A DNA stretch of 64,000 bases from Callorhinchus milii (taxonomy: Eukaryota), in NCBI RefSeq assembly GCF_018977255.1, contig NW_024704742.1:86058001-86122000 (forward strand), written 5' to 3'. The notes under the pieces were generated by a model. That model saw only the letters and a program-made list of their open reading frames with translations. It was not told where the DNA came from and did no database searches. Both the position numbers and the translations under genes were made by a program. Position 1 is the stretch's first letter. Each line of letters opens with the position of its first letter. Below are positions 1 through 12,250 of the stretch, piece by piece.

Positions 1-745
1 GTTCTCTGTTTCTAGCCCATTCCTGTCCCCCATCTATAGAAGAAGCCCCATTGAGAAGCCATTTAGTAAATGGCCTCCTCCCCAACACCATGTGGGAATG
101 GCAATCTGCCTCTGGTTTCAGTGGTAAAATGCTAACATTTATTTCCTTGTAGCTCAACATTTTAAGTTATTAAAATATTAATGTAGCAATCCACAGTCGT
201 GTCTATTTTCTGATGTGCATGAGCAAACACCAGAAGCTACCAAGTAAACATTGGCACTATTTCTCCAAACCATAGCACTTGTTGTAAAGCATTAGAGAGG
301 CTGTTCATTGCAGAGAACACCTGGGGTTCTGGTGCTGGAGTCATGAGCCTTGAAACGCTGAAAACATTTCAGTGATAATGAAGATCGGAGCAGCTACCAT
401 TCCACTGAATATAAAACAATCAATGGCTCAGATAATTGTTACCAACCGCTTGGTTAACCAATGAGGCTAATGAGGTTCAGAGTTTTTGTTGGTCAGCAGA
501 GTGCCGCATTATAACTTGTGAGAAAGTGATGAATAGTACATAGTGTCTTATTACACTTCCTCTCTTCGTTTAAGAATTTGTCAGAGACTTACTTGTGCAT
601 CCTGTGATGTAGCCATAATATTTTAGAAAAACAATTGCACATCAATGTTCTATCACCTAACTTTATCTGACAACCCATAAAAAAGCATGGGCATATAGCA
701 AAATAGATTGAGAATGGGCTATGAGGTCATTCCTCCCAACAGAGT

Positions 746-920
746 GATAATAATAATCAATAATCCTTACATTTGGCATAGCCATGTTGGGAGGATGTCC
801 CAAAGTGCTTCACAGAATATACTGTAAAGTGCAGTGACTGTGTTGGGGGTGAACGCGGCAGCCATGTTCCGCAAACAGCCATGGACTGAATAACCAATTT
901 TATTTTGAGAATTGTTGGTC
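746..920 (-). mobile_element. SINE 3' half (Deu/L2-type tail)
   Basis: (AAT)n-aatccttacatttgg...gggaggatgtcccaaagtgcttcacag, the reverse complement of the SINE tail seen throughout the window. Confidence 0.75.
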
Positions 921-1739
921 AAGTTGATGCTGTGCAAATATAATTCACTCTGAGCAGGTTACCCAGTGGCCTAAGGGAGATGAATAATCACAGGTAAAAC
1001 TTAAGGAGTAATTTCTCCTGGCTACCCGTGAGGTAACCTCACAAATCTCTGGGCCTTCACTAGAGCAATTGAAACCCACATTACTGAAGCTTGATTGGAA
1101 GCTTAATGTTGTGCAGAAAATTTGTTTTGCGGGTGTCAATATCATTGGCAACGACCTGAAATTTCACAACATCAGAGGGGGGAGGCTTTAACATTGCAAA
1201 ACAAGAAATGTAAACAGCAAAGCTGGCTCCGGATTCAGGTGCCGCAGGCCAAGGCTGCAATTCAGAAATCAAAACTCAGATATTCATCCAAATGCAGTTT
1301 CAGAGAGTCCTAACTGGTACATGAAGATTTGCTAGTAACTAATGGTAAATATAACAATATTGGCCTTTGATGCACCGCCAAACGTATCACATTGTCAACA
1401 ACTCAAAGTGCTTTACAGGATTTACTGTAGAACACTTTTGCTTCTGAGTCGAAAGGTTGCAGGTAGAAGTCCCATGTCGGGATGTGGAATTTGTTAGTCA
1501 AGGCTGACACTCCGGTGAGGTTAGAGATGTTGTCAGAGGCAAACTCCTTCAGATGAGACATTAAACTGAGTTTCTGTCTACCTCCTTTAGTCGCCATACT
1601 TTACAGTATAAGAGTACTTCCTGTGAAGTACTTTGAAACATCCTTCTGACATGAAAGATGCTATACCAAATATAAGGATTATTACATTATTACTGATGGA
1701 CCAGAACTCATCCCTGGACTATCAAGGATCACATCTTCA

Positions 1740-1980
1740 ATACAATAAATTTACGTTTATATTAGTGCCTTTCATGCCAGGAGGATGTCCCAAAGCCAGT
1801 TCACAGTGCTGAATGGGCAATCAAGCTAAGGGATGGGAGCTGAGAGGACAAGGAGGGAAAAGATCAAGGAAAAGGTTTGAAACGTGCCTTGAATGAGGGG
1901 GAGGAGGGAGCAAGGTGGGGGGACTCTGGAGTGGAGTTCCAGAGGGAGGGGCAGAATGGCTGAAAGCCCTGATGATGAGC
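1740..1980 (-). mobile_element. L2 LINE 3' end fragment
   Basis: tagtgcctttcatgccaggaggatgtcccaaag tail followed by the purine-rich L2 3' region. Confidence 0.65.
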
Positions 1981-3066
1981 AGTACAGCCCAATCAAAATA
2001 GAGAAAAATCTTATTCAAGCATTAGCCACAGTTAATTCAGTTTCTATTCAGTATACTCACTCCAATATCTGGACTAAATATTTAAAGAATTAAGATGAAT
2101 TATTAATCTTGAGATGAAATCACTGAACTATGAATTCATACATTTTTAAATTTTGCTATTTTAATGATATGATCCACAAGGGATGAAATGATTTATACAG
2201 CGTGCGAGTCCCCCTGAGCCAATGAATACCTTTTTGATAGGAAAAATGTGTGGAATGCAGAACATATTATATATTTGTTTGTTATGGCAACTGGGACTTT
2301 ATATAGCATGAGTGAGTTAGCCTGAGACATTTGCCATCATTTCTCGCACCCCATTAATTCTCCCAATTGGTGCTCAATTCTATTTAGCTTTTACTAGAGA
2401 AAAAAAACAAAGTTAAATTCACATGAATCTTGATTTACTATACAGTATTTCCTCATCATTCCAGAGCATCTAGAATTAATTTAGAAACTGGTTTTCTGCA
2501 AGTTCTTTTCATTTTGGGAGGACGTCCAAAAGCGCTTCACAGGACATGCTGCATAGTGCAGTGACTGTGTGAGTCAAGACCTAGGTGGAATTTCTCCCCC
2601 TGTGTCTTCCTGGCTCAGTTGGCGTCACTCTCGCCTCTGAATCAGAAGATTGTGAGCCCGACCCCAGTAGAAGCAAAAGAAAAAGAGTCAATACGTTCAA
2701 GGGGGAGAAAAGTCTAAAATTAGAGAACTGAGTTATTTCAGACACAGCATCATTGCATTCAGTTATGCGGTGATGAGGGCAATTGCATTTGGACTTACCC
2801 AGCCCTCAAGCAGCGTGGCCATCACAGATCAAGGAACCCTGCCACCTATTTAATGGATAGTTGATTACTGTCATACGTTTTCCTGTGAAAATATCGCAGC
2901 TCGAGCCCCACCTGCTGAGTGCTCTGGAGTAACGCTCATTGCACTGACTTTCACCTGAGAACAAGATCTGTGGTTTAAGCAGCAATTATAAAAGGCTTGT
3001 GGCAGCAAAGAATTACATTGTCGGCTCCAATTTAGGTTGGTATTGACAGTTTACAGCAACAGTTTA

Positions 3067-3487
3067 CAGCCTGGCTCAGTTGATATTGTTTGCAACTCTG
3101 GGTTTGAAAGTTGTTGGGTTTTGTCTCAAATTAGCCTTTGAGCTCACACTCTCATGCAGTGCTGGAGTAGTGCTGAATTGTTGGAAGCATTGTCCTTCGT
3201 GTGAGGTGTTAAAGTCTGTTTATTGAGCTGGACATTAAAGATCCCATGGCACTATTTGAAAAGAGAAGGGAGTTTCTCCCAGTGTTCTGGTCAACAATCT
3301 GGCAGATTAGTCATTCACTTCACATTCACTAAAAATTAGTCAAATTAATTTGTCATGTCTGTTTGTGGGACATTACTGTGCACAGTTTGGTGGCTTCAAT
3401 TGCTTACAACATGCATTACACTTTACAGAAAGGTTTCAAAGTGCTTTTAACATGACATGGCACTGTACAAAATCCAAGGATTATCAT
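3067..3487 (+). mobile_element. Deu-domain SINE (SacSINE1-like), near full length
   Basis: tRNA-like head cagcctggctcagttg, Deu core attaaagatcccatggcactatttgaaaagagaagggagtttctcccagtg, and an L2-like tail. Confidence 0.8.
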
Positions 3488-3539
3488 AGAAAGTAAAGAT
3501 AGATGGCACATATATTCAAGAATGGACTTACTAGGGAGA

Positions 3540-3890
3540 TATTGAAAGAGAATTAGGGGGTTAGTTAACTCATTAATCACCATGTCAAAGTCCATTGTCA
3601 GCAACAAACAGAGCAGGGTACTGGGCTATATTTCTAAATCAATTGAGTTCAGATCAGCAGTCATGCTCAAGCAGTGCAGTGCTCTGCTCGGTCCAGCCTG
3701 TACAGTGTCTGGTCAACCCACACCTGTACAGTGCTCTGGTCACACACACCTGAAGTATTGTGTACAGATCTGTATTCCACAACACAACAAGTCTAGCCAG
3801 GCTCCAGAGGCCATGGAGAAAAGAGCCGCAAGAATGGCCACCAGTGTTATAGGAATGATTACATCATCTAGGGCTTGTCAACCTTGAAAA
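3540..3890 (+). mobile_element. Old CR1 LINE ORF2 C-terminal fragment
   Basis: Degenerate peptide ...RVLGYISKSIEFRS...HLKYCVQI... resembling the CR1 LGYI/LEYCVQFW region; small internal tandem duplication at ~3698-3752. Confidence 0.65.
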
Positions 3891-4530
3891 GAGATATCAA
3901 TAATCCTTATATCTGATTTAACATCTACACTTAGGCATCTTTAAGTGCTTCATATGCAAATTGCTGTAAAGTGAAGTGACTGTGTAAGTGCACATGTGTC
4001 CAGCAGAGGGCATTGTTCAGGGAAATTATGGTCATCATTCACTGGATGAGCATCTGCTGAGATGAGAGGTAAATGGTCACCAATTTAAGGAATGATTTCT
4101 GAGACTGAAGGCTGTCTTATAGAGGGAGGAATGTTTAAATGTAATTTTTACTGAGAATCCCTTTCTAGACACAGCAATAATCTACCCAAATGTTTCTCTC
4201 CTCCCTCCGTTCTAGCCTCAGTTGTTCTAACCAGTTTGCTTTTTGCCCAACCCTTTCCCTTCACTCATTCTTGCTAGGCTGCTCTGGAAGTTCTGAGCTC
4301 TGTCTCCTCCTCATTTTTCTCCAGGGTGGGGTGAGGGTGGGGTGTTAATACACAGCAATTTTTAATGGGATTCCTTGGACTGGTTTAAAACTAGCCTGAT
4401 GCTGTGATGGAAGAGAGTAGGATGGGTCTGATGGAAGAACTAGAAGAAATGGGCCAAAGGGCCTTCTTCATTCTCTAATCTTATCAGGTGAGCAGTTCAG
4501 AAATAACTTTCACTCAGTGGTTAGGTAATC

Positions 4531-4872
4531 TAATAATAATCCTTGCATTTGATATAGCTTCTTATCATGTCTTCGAGACGTCTCAAAACACTTCACAAGA
4601 ATATACTGTAAAGTGAATTGACTGTATGTTTGGTGGGCGAAACGCAGCAGCCAAATGCGCACAGCAGTGTCCCACAAATTGATTGAGTGACCAAATTATT
4701 ATTATTTTTTTGAAGGGATTATTAACTCTGGAAAAGTGATCCGCCAATTGATTAACTACCGGGTTCCTACTTACTGCTTGGTAAACAGAGGCATGTGGAG
4801 TTAGGAAACTTGCCTAAAGTTTTGTCCCGCCCGGAAATTGAACCTGGGTCCTCTCGCTTGCGAGGCGAGCGT
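4531..4872 (-). mobile_element. tRNA-derived SINE (Ala-type head), long form
   Basis: Minus strand reads head gcaagcgagaggacccaggttcaatttcc, core ctctgtttaccaagcagtaagtaggaacccgg and tail caaatgcaaggattattatta. Confidence 0.85.
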
Positions 4873-5899
4873 GAGGCAAGTAATCATTGTAGTCATTGAT
4901 TGAGGTCTGTATAAGATCCTGGGGCTGCTTGTATATGAGAGTTTCATATATTGGAACCAAATGGAAGAGAGGTCGAGAAGAGATCAGTCCTGCAGAGTGA
5001 GGGAGAGAAACACAACGGATAAAGTTAGAAACTACCTGTGTTTCGCTGTTAACCTTGTGTGCCTCAGGAGTATTGACAGATGAAACAACAGAAATTCATC
5101 TCTCAGTTATTGATGAGTCTAAATTGAGATTTTAATAGCTTTCTTATTTTGCCAATGACAGAATGTGGGTTTGCAGGCTGTCTGCTATTTTAGGCAGTTA
5201 TGTGATTCTCCCAAAAGACTGGGAAAACATCAAGAGGCAGGAGCAGTGATGGTAATCTAAAAGCAAGCTGACAGCTTTGAATGATTTCTTTCAATCTGAT
5301 GATCACAACGTGACACTGCTGTAAATGAACGGATGGTGGCAGATCTAGTAAGTGTCCTGACTTTGATATCTAGAGAAAAATATATTCAAAAAATGAAATG
5401 ACTGTGATCTGCTTGTCATTCATCCACACTTCCAGCAGATTAAGACATTTAAACTCAAAATGTACTTTTAGTTTCTTAAATATAGGCAGCAATGTCCCAG
5501 AACACCCGCATTTTTTTAAAGATTATTGCATTTAAATATACAAATACTGGTCATCCATTCTGTGACAGATTTTATTTATAATAAGGTTATCATTGGTGGA
5601 ATCATTGGGAAGGATTGGCAATGAGAGTGACAGAGAGCAGACACGAAAAGAGACAACAAGAACAACAACTTGCATGTTATCTTTCGATGTCACTTTTGAT
5701 AGTTGATGTTCATACCAGTTGGTCTTTATGTCAATATCAAAGTTTACAAATTATCCTGAGGATATATTTAGCTTAATTGTTCTGTAACTTCAGGTACTCT
5801 GATGGTGCTAGGATATAATGACAATATGTGGTCTATTGTTTCTGATGCTTTATTATTAATAATTATTATAAATAACTGCACTTGAAACAACACTTTACT

Positions 5900-7022
5900 A
5901 CAACAACAACGACAACAACAAAATTACATCTGTATAGCGCCTTTCACGTCGGGAGGACGACCCGAAGTGCTGAACAGTCGGTGTTTTGGACCCGAACTTT
6001 GGACCAATAATCTTTAAAAAAATTGGTCAGGATTTGAGAGGGTGGAGGACAGGGCGGAGGGTGATTGGAAGCACGGTCTTGAGGAGGTGATCGAAAGAGG
6101 AGGATCTTTGAGATGGGTCTTGAAGGAAGCAAGGGAGGGAGCGAGACGAATGGACTGCGAGATGGAATTGCAGAGGATGGGGCAGGAGAGTTGGGGGACA
6201 TGAAGCAGGCCGGTGCAGGAGCTGATGGGAGCCAATCAGAAGGGCCTCGGTCTTGTTGACATTCAACTGAGGAAAGTTAGCTCTCATCCTATGTTCCCTC
6301 TAATTTTTTTCGGCGATGCGTGGAATGAATTTGGGTTTGTGCTGTGTGCCCCACCGTAAAAAAAGATCGAAACTTTGAAAATTAAAAGTTTCCTTAATTA
6401 AAAATGCCCTAACGATGAAAAACAATTTAAAAGTTCCATATCATGGTCTCAAACGCCTAAAATTATAAAACAACAAATTGAACAGATTGCGTTTTACCTG
6501 GAGTCTTATTTGATTTATCAGGCTGCATTATTTTTTAAAACAACCAAACTCTGCATTTGAATATTAAACAACACAACACACTACAGTTAAAATAATTCTG
6601 CATTTATTCAGCTGAACTTTTTACTACGTGCGCGGCCGGAATGATTAAGTGCGCGCCACACAACAGACTGCTGCACCGCTACGCATGCGCACAGCTTAGA
6701 GGGAACAGTGCTCTCATCCAGGACTTGATGTCTGACAGACATTCTGTCAGGACAGCAGTGGTCCTGGAGTCGAGGGTGATGTTGGGTGTCATCCGCATAC
6801 ATGTGGAAGTTGACCCCATTGTCTGCGGATGATGTCAAGAGGGAGCATATAGATGTTGAAGAGGAGGAGACCAAGGACAGAGCCCTGAGGAACTCCGCAC
6901 GAGATAGTGGAGGAGCTGGAGGAGAAGCCGTTTGGGGAGATGAAATGGAGGCGGTGTGAGAGGTACGATCTGAACCATTCAAGGACAGAACCGTGAAGGT
7001 TAAGGTGAGAGGAGAGGGAGTA
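5900..7022 (-). mobile_element. L2 LINE 3' fragment (RT C-terminus plus tail), internally deleted and interrupted by a hAT element
   Basis: Motifs CGVPQGSVLGLLLFNIYMLPL, FHMYADDTQ and NFPQLNVNKTEALLIG; (GTT)n tail at ~5900. Confidence 0.9.
6289..6710. mobile_element. Non-autonomous hAT-type DNA transposon (MITE), 422 bp
   Basis: Perfect 8-bp TSD CTCTCATC (6281-6288 and 6711-6718). TIRs ctaTGTTCCCTCTAA ... TTAGAGGGAACAgtg. The host L2 sequence is continuous once the element is removed. Confidence 0.9.
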
Positions 7023-7549
7023 CATCTTAAAGCACTTAACAGGATTTGACTGTAAAGTGTAATGACTGTATTCTGTTAGGGAATGCTTACACTAATGCAT
7101 CTTCTCATAAATTTGTTTAAACATTAAGTGGCAATGACATAGTTGGAATAACATACTTACATTACTGTAGTTCCCTTGGTGTAGGATTACAACTTAGAGC
7201 ATTTCACAAAAACTAGGCCAGACGCCGAGGATAACCAATGTCATGGTAGAAGAGGTACATTTTAGATGAGATTTAAAGTCAGAGAGGGGAGAGATGGCGG
7301 GATATTAGCTGATGGCTTGGCCATTGAGGAGAGGCTGGGCCTCATGCAGGAGGTTTGAGTCAGCTCGAGCAGAGGTAGGGAGGTGCTTGGACGTGAAGGG
7401 ATTTGTTGGCAAGGGAGAGAGAATTGTTGGCAAGGGAGTCGATCTGTTGGGAGGCAGTGAAGCCTGACAAGGCCAGGGGTAATGGGAGTGCAGAGTTTGC
7501 ATGGGAAAGGATGTAGGTCATGGAGATCGGGATTAGCCGGAGCATGTGA

Positions 7550-8150
7550 TACAATATAATTTACATAGCACATTTCACGTTGGGAAGACTTCCTAAACTG
7601 CTTAACAATCCTAGCTGGGCACTAGAGGGTGGGAGCTGAGAAGAATGAGAAGGGGAAAGATGATTAAAAGCAGGTCAAAGATGTAACTTGTCATACATAC
7701 CTTGAAAGAGGGGAGGGAGGGAGTAAGTCAGAGGGACCCAGGAATGGAATTGAAGAGAGTGGGCGCCATGTGGCTGAAAACCTGTCTGCTGATCATTTGA
7801 CCTACTCCACTCCACTCCTATTCTATCTGGGGCAGATAGAGTAGCAGTAGAGTGGAGTAGGTCAAATGAAGGGAATGGCCAGGTTGGGAAGAGTGAAGGA
7901 GGTCACAGAGGTAAGGTGGGGTGAGACCATAAAGGAAGTTAAATGCGAGAACGAAAATCTTGAACTAGATCCACTAGGGGATGGGGAGACAGCAAGAATG
8001 GAGGTGATGGGCTGGTGAAGCCTGGTACAGGAGAGGATGCAGGTCGCAAAGTTCTGGAGAGTCTGCAGCCTGTGCAGGGGAGACTGGCAAGCAGAGCATT
8101 GCTATAATACAGCTTGGACATAATAAATGTGTGGATGAGCATCTCTGAGG
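7550..8150 (-). mobile_element. Old L2 LINE 3' fragment
   Basis: Peptide LIHTFIMSKLYYSNALLASLP (L2 LIHAFITSRLDYCNSLL motif) and a tail at ~7555-7600. Confidence 0.8.
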
Positions 8151-8837
8151 CCTGTACTGTACTGTAATTGCAGAACCATTAAAACAAATATGCTAATAAG
8201 AATTCCAGCAGCATCTAGTGTGAGTAGAATATACACAACCTGAGCTCCAACAGTAATGAGCAAAAATCCAATGTCTCCACTGTTCAGCTTTCGTCTATTG
8301 ACTTTACAGACATCCCTGGCCTAGCAGCACAGAAATTACTGCGTTCGATGGAGAATATGCTCATTTCAATCTGAACCTAGCTCCTTTAATAATTTTCTCC
8401 ATCAGATATTTCCCCATTCTATTTTGAAGAAGATCACTGACACATCATTAACTGGAGACTGAAACATGAGGGAGCCAACTTATATTTCAACAGTGCCCGT
8501 TAATTCAGCTCCCGTACAGCTAATCAGAATGTAGCTCATATCCTCAAAGGTCAGGTTTAGACAGACTCTGATTTCAGATTTCCACTGTTAATGAGATAGC
8601 CTGTATTTGAATGATCATACCCACCACTAAACGTACAAAATATACTCACCAAATCTGACAGGGATGACACCTGTGTGTGTTTTTTGTGTTATAATGCCAA
8701 AAGCCAATTTAACAATTAACATAATGTAACATGTAAATCTATTAACATAATCAATGCTGTCTCACAGCTTTCTGAGGACATGAGTCACTTTTCTTTATTT
8801 TTGGTCAGATGGGTGTCTGACACATTAGAATCCCATT

Positions 8838-9290
8838 ACAAAACACAAAATACTGCAAATGCTGGAAATCTGAAACAAAAACAGAAGTTGGGAACACTCA
8901 GCAGCTTAGGCAGCATCTATAGAGAAAGAAAGATGAGTTAATGTTTTGGGTCCACGACCCTTCGTCAGAACTGAGGTATGTTGGGAGGGAGAGGCTTTCA
9001 AGGGCTAACAGGGAGGGGGGAGGCAGGGTAAGGAAGACAAAGGAGAAAATGGGGTAGAGGACAGGGGTGATGGGTTAAAGAAGTGTTAATGATGCAAAAC
9101 AAAAGGGGATTGCAACAAAGTAAGGGGGATAGAAGTGTTAATAATGCAAAACAAAGGGGGAAAATTGCAACAAAAATTGCAACCATTACCAGATCATCTG
9201 AGTCCCAGACACACCTTTTCTCTCTCTGGTCTCCCTATTTTGTTGCAATTTCCATTCCCCCCTTCGTTTCCACCCCCCTTTTGAATGGAA
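8838..9290 (-). mobile_element. Penelope-like element terminal (pLTR) fragment
   Basis: Minus strand ...ttctgacgaagggtcgtggacccaaaacattaactc...gatgctgcc...ctgctgagtgttccc...atttccagcatttgcagta, as I recall for chondrichthyan Penelope-type ends; internal tandem and inverted rearrangement at 9079-9260. Confidence 0.65.
8936..8972 (-). ncRNA. Degenerate minimal type-I hammerhead ribozyme motif
   Basis: AGUU-CUGACGA-A-GGGUC-GUG-GACCC-AAAACAUU-AACU: stem I, CUGANGA core and stem II are present; GAAAC-GUU is altered by two G>A changes. Confidence 0.55.
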
Positions 9291-9734
9291 TCCACACTCT
9301 CCCCTGGAGCGACGCATCTGGCTTGCCAACTTCCAGGTGCTGTGCTGTCATCAGCAGTGCCCTGGGACTCAACCCACCTGACTCAGAAACTGGACCTCCA
9401 CAGAGTGCTGGCTCGATTCTGACATTCCGTTGTCAGACATGTCACCTTGGAGCCAGTTCAGTTCCAAGGAGACTCCATTTAGCCCCCCTTCACCAGGAGG
9501 ATAGTCACTAATTGGTCATTTGAGATCCGACAAGCATGGGTTTGAGCCCTTATCTCATTTTTTTCCTCCGCATCTTGCAGTGTGGTTCCACAGACACAAG
9601 GACCTTTTTTGGTGTAATACCCATGTAAAAGTTCTTTACACAGGAGCCTGGGAAGTGAGTTTCAGCAAGCTAATGCTGTTCTTGCTCTAAGTGCACACAA
9701 TGGCTCTTGCAGCAGCATAAATGGTTCTGTACTT

Positions 9735-10797
9735 GAATGCTTCAGATCGTACCTCTCACACAGTCTCCACAAATGGTTTCTCCTTTAATCCCCACACCGT
9801 CTCATGTGGCATTCCTAAGGTCTCTGTCCTTGGTCCCCTCCTCTTCAATATCTTTATGCTCCCTCTTGGTGACATCATCTGCAGACATGGGGTCAAATTC
9901 CACATATATGCGGATGACACCCAACTCTACTTCTCTGTTTCCACCCTCGACTCCAGGACCACTGCTGTCCTGACAAAATGTCTGTCAGACATCAAGTCCT
10001 AGATGAGAGCTAACTTTCTTCAATTGAACATCAACAAGACCTGATTGGCTCCCGTCAGCGCCTCCTCACCTCAGGCACTGACAACATCACCATCCATGGT
10101 TGCACACCCCACCTCACTGAGTCAATCCGGAACCTTGTCGTCTTGTTTGACCCTCAACTATCCTTTCTACCCCACATCCGTCCCATGACCCGGTCTGCCT
10201 TCCCTCCGCAACATCGCCCGGCTCCACCACTGTCGTACACCACAGGCCTCCGAAACCCTCATACACGCATTCATAACATCCAGGCTTGACTATGCAAACT
10301 CCCTGCTTGTCGACCTCCCCAACTCTTCCCTCCAAAGGCTGCAGATCATCCAACTCTGCAGCCCGTGTCCTCTCTCGCACCAGGCTCTGTGACCCTATCA
10401 CCGCCATCCTCGTCTGACTCCACTGGCTTCCCATCACACAGAGGATACAGTTCAAGAACCTGGTCATCACCTTCAAAGCCCTCCAAGGCCTCCTTTCGCC
10501 CCTACCATCCTGCCCGCTCCCTCTGCTCAACGGGCTCCGGCCGACTTCACATCCCTTCTGCCCCCACCCTCTGGAACTCTATTCTGCAGTTCTTCCCCCT
10601 CGCCCCCTCCCTTGCCTCCTTCGAGACCCATCTCAAGACCCTCCACTTCGACCGTGCTTTTGATCACCCTCCTTCCCCCCTGCCCTCCACCCTCCCCAAT
10701 CCAAACCCATCAGCTTGGGTCCGAAACACTGACTGTCCAGCGCTTGGGACATCTCCCGACGTGAAAAGCTCTATGCAAATGTAATTTTGTTGTTGTC
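9735..10797 (+). mobile_element. L2 LINE 3' ~1.06 kb (RT C-terminus to tail)
   Basis: GIPKVSVLGPLLFNIFMLPLGDIICRHGVKFHIYADDTQLY; tail gtgaaaagctctatgcaaatgtaattttgttgttg. Confidence 0.92.
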
Positions 10798-11059
10798 ATT
10801 GTGAATCAATAGTAGTCAGGGGTAGGAAAGCTCCCTAGTACTTGTGCATCGTGAGAAATAGAAACATTCTTCCCACCAACCCAATTGAGATAAAGAGCTA
10901 ATCCGAGTTTTGACTTCACATCTCGCTGATCTGTGTAGCTACGCACGGCACACAATCCATTTACTCACTAAGCCGTGGGACATGGGATGACAGGATGCAG
11001 GGGAGGAATACCCCAAAATTTACCACACCAATGGTGCAGCAACAATGTCATTTCTTTTC

Positions 11060-11415
11060 TCGTTTGCAGCTCTCTTGACTCTAAGTCAGAAGATTGTAAT
11101 TTCCTGACACTCCATTGCAATATTGCTGCATTATTGGAGATACTGTCCTTTGATTGCAATGTTAAGTCAAGATCCTGTCTGCTTATGTAGACATTAAAGA
11201 TCCCATGGCACTATTTGAAAAGAAAGGGGAGTTTCTCCCGGTGTCCTGGCCGACAATCCCCAAAATAAAATTGGTTACTCCTTCATAGCTGTTTGACTGT
11301 GTTTGCCTACAAATAAACAGTCACTGCACTTAACAATAATTACTCTAAAGCACTCGAAGATGCTTTGATATTTTAGGCACTATATCAAATACAAGGCTTT
11401 TTAAAATTATTATTG
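11060..11415 (+). mobile_element. Deu-domain SINE
   Basis: Core cattaaagatcccatggcactatttgaaaagaaaggggagtttctcccggtgtcctggcc. Confidence 0.8.
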
Positions 11416-12109
11416 TCCAATATTAAATGTTTGATCTACTGCACAAGCCAAATAACAACAACAACAACAAGATTCCATTTATAGAGCGCCTTTCACGTCG
11501 GGAGGACTTCCCAAATAAAGGTACACGTCTACTTCTGTTTCCAGAAGTGGACCTTTAATGTTACCACTAACATTCATTTTAAACACATTGCTGGAACCAT
11601 TTGAGATTAAAATAATAGACACTGAGCATTCTAAAGTTCGACTTCCATTAATTCCTGCTTTATGACACTGTTTGGAGATGAGGAACACTGTTGACAAATA
11701 CAATTACATTTTGAAATTAGAGGTTGTTTACATACATAATTAAGATGCTAGCACGCTTCTTTGCATTGTAAGTAATCAGACTTTGAAAGAGTGCAGAGCT
11801 GGGAATCAACAGCATCTTGTGTATTATGTATGAACCACCAGCCTCAGCAGAAGATAATGTGTTCACTCCACAATTTGTAAACCAGAAATTTCAGATATTT
11901 AAAGATGTCTTCATGAAAAAAATACTGAAATAAATAGCTTTTCCTCTCCAACCACTGTCCAACCACTCCAAGACCTTATTCTTATGTGAAGTGCGCTATA
12001 TAAATACAAGTCATTGTTGTAAATTGCACTGCAGAAATTCCTTTAGGGCACCAAACACCTTGTAAATGAAAGTGAGGCAGGCACCTGGAAATTTATCAGC
12101 TAGATTGTG

Positions 12110-12250
12110 TTTTTCTTTCCGACCGTGGCTTTGGTCACCTTCCTCCCCCTCCCCCTCCCCCTGGCTCGGCCCTGGGATCCGTTACTGTGAAGCGCTCTGA
12201 AACGCCGTCCAGCGTGAAGGGCACTATATAAATCCAAGTTGTTGTTGTTT
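12110..12250 (+). mobile_element. L2 3' tail
   Basis: ctgtgaagcgctctgaaacg...gggcactatataaatccaagttgttgttg. Confidence 0.75.
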
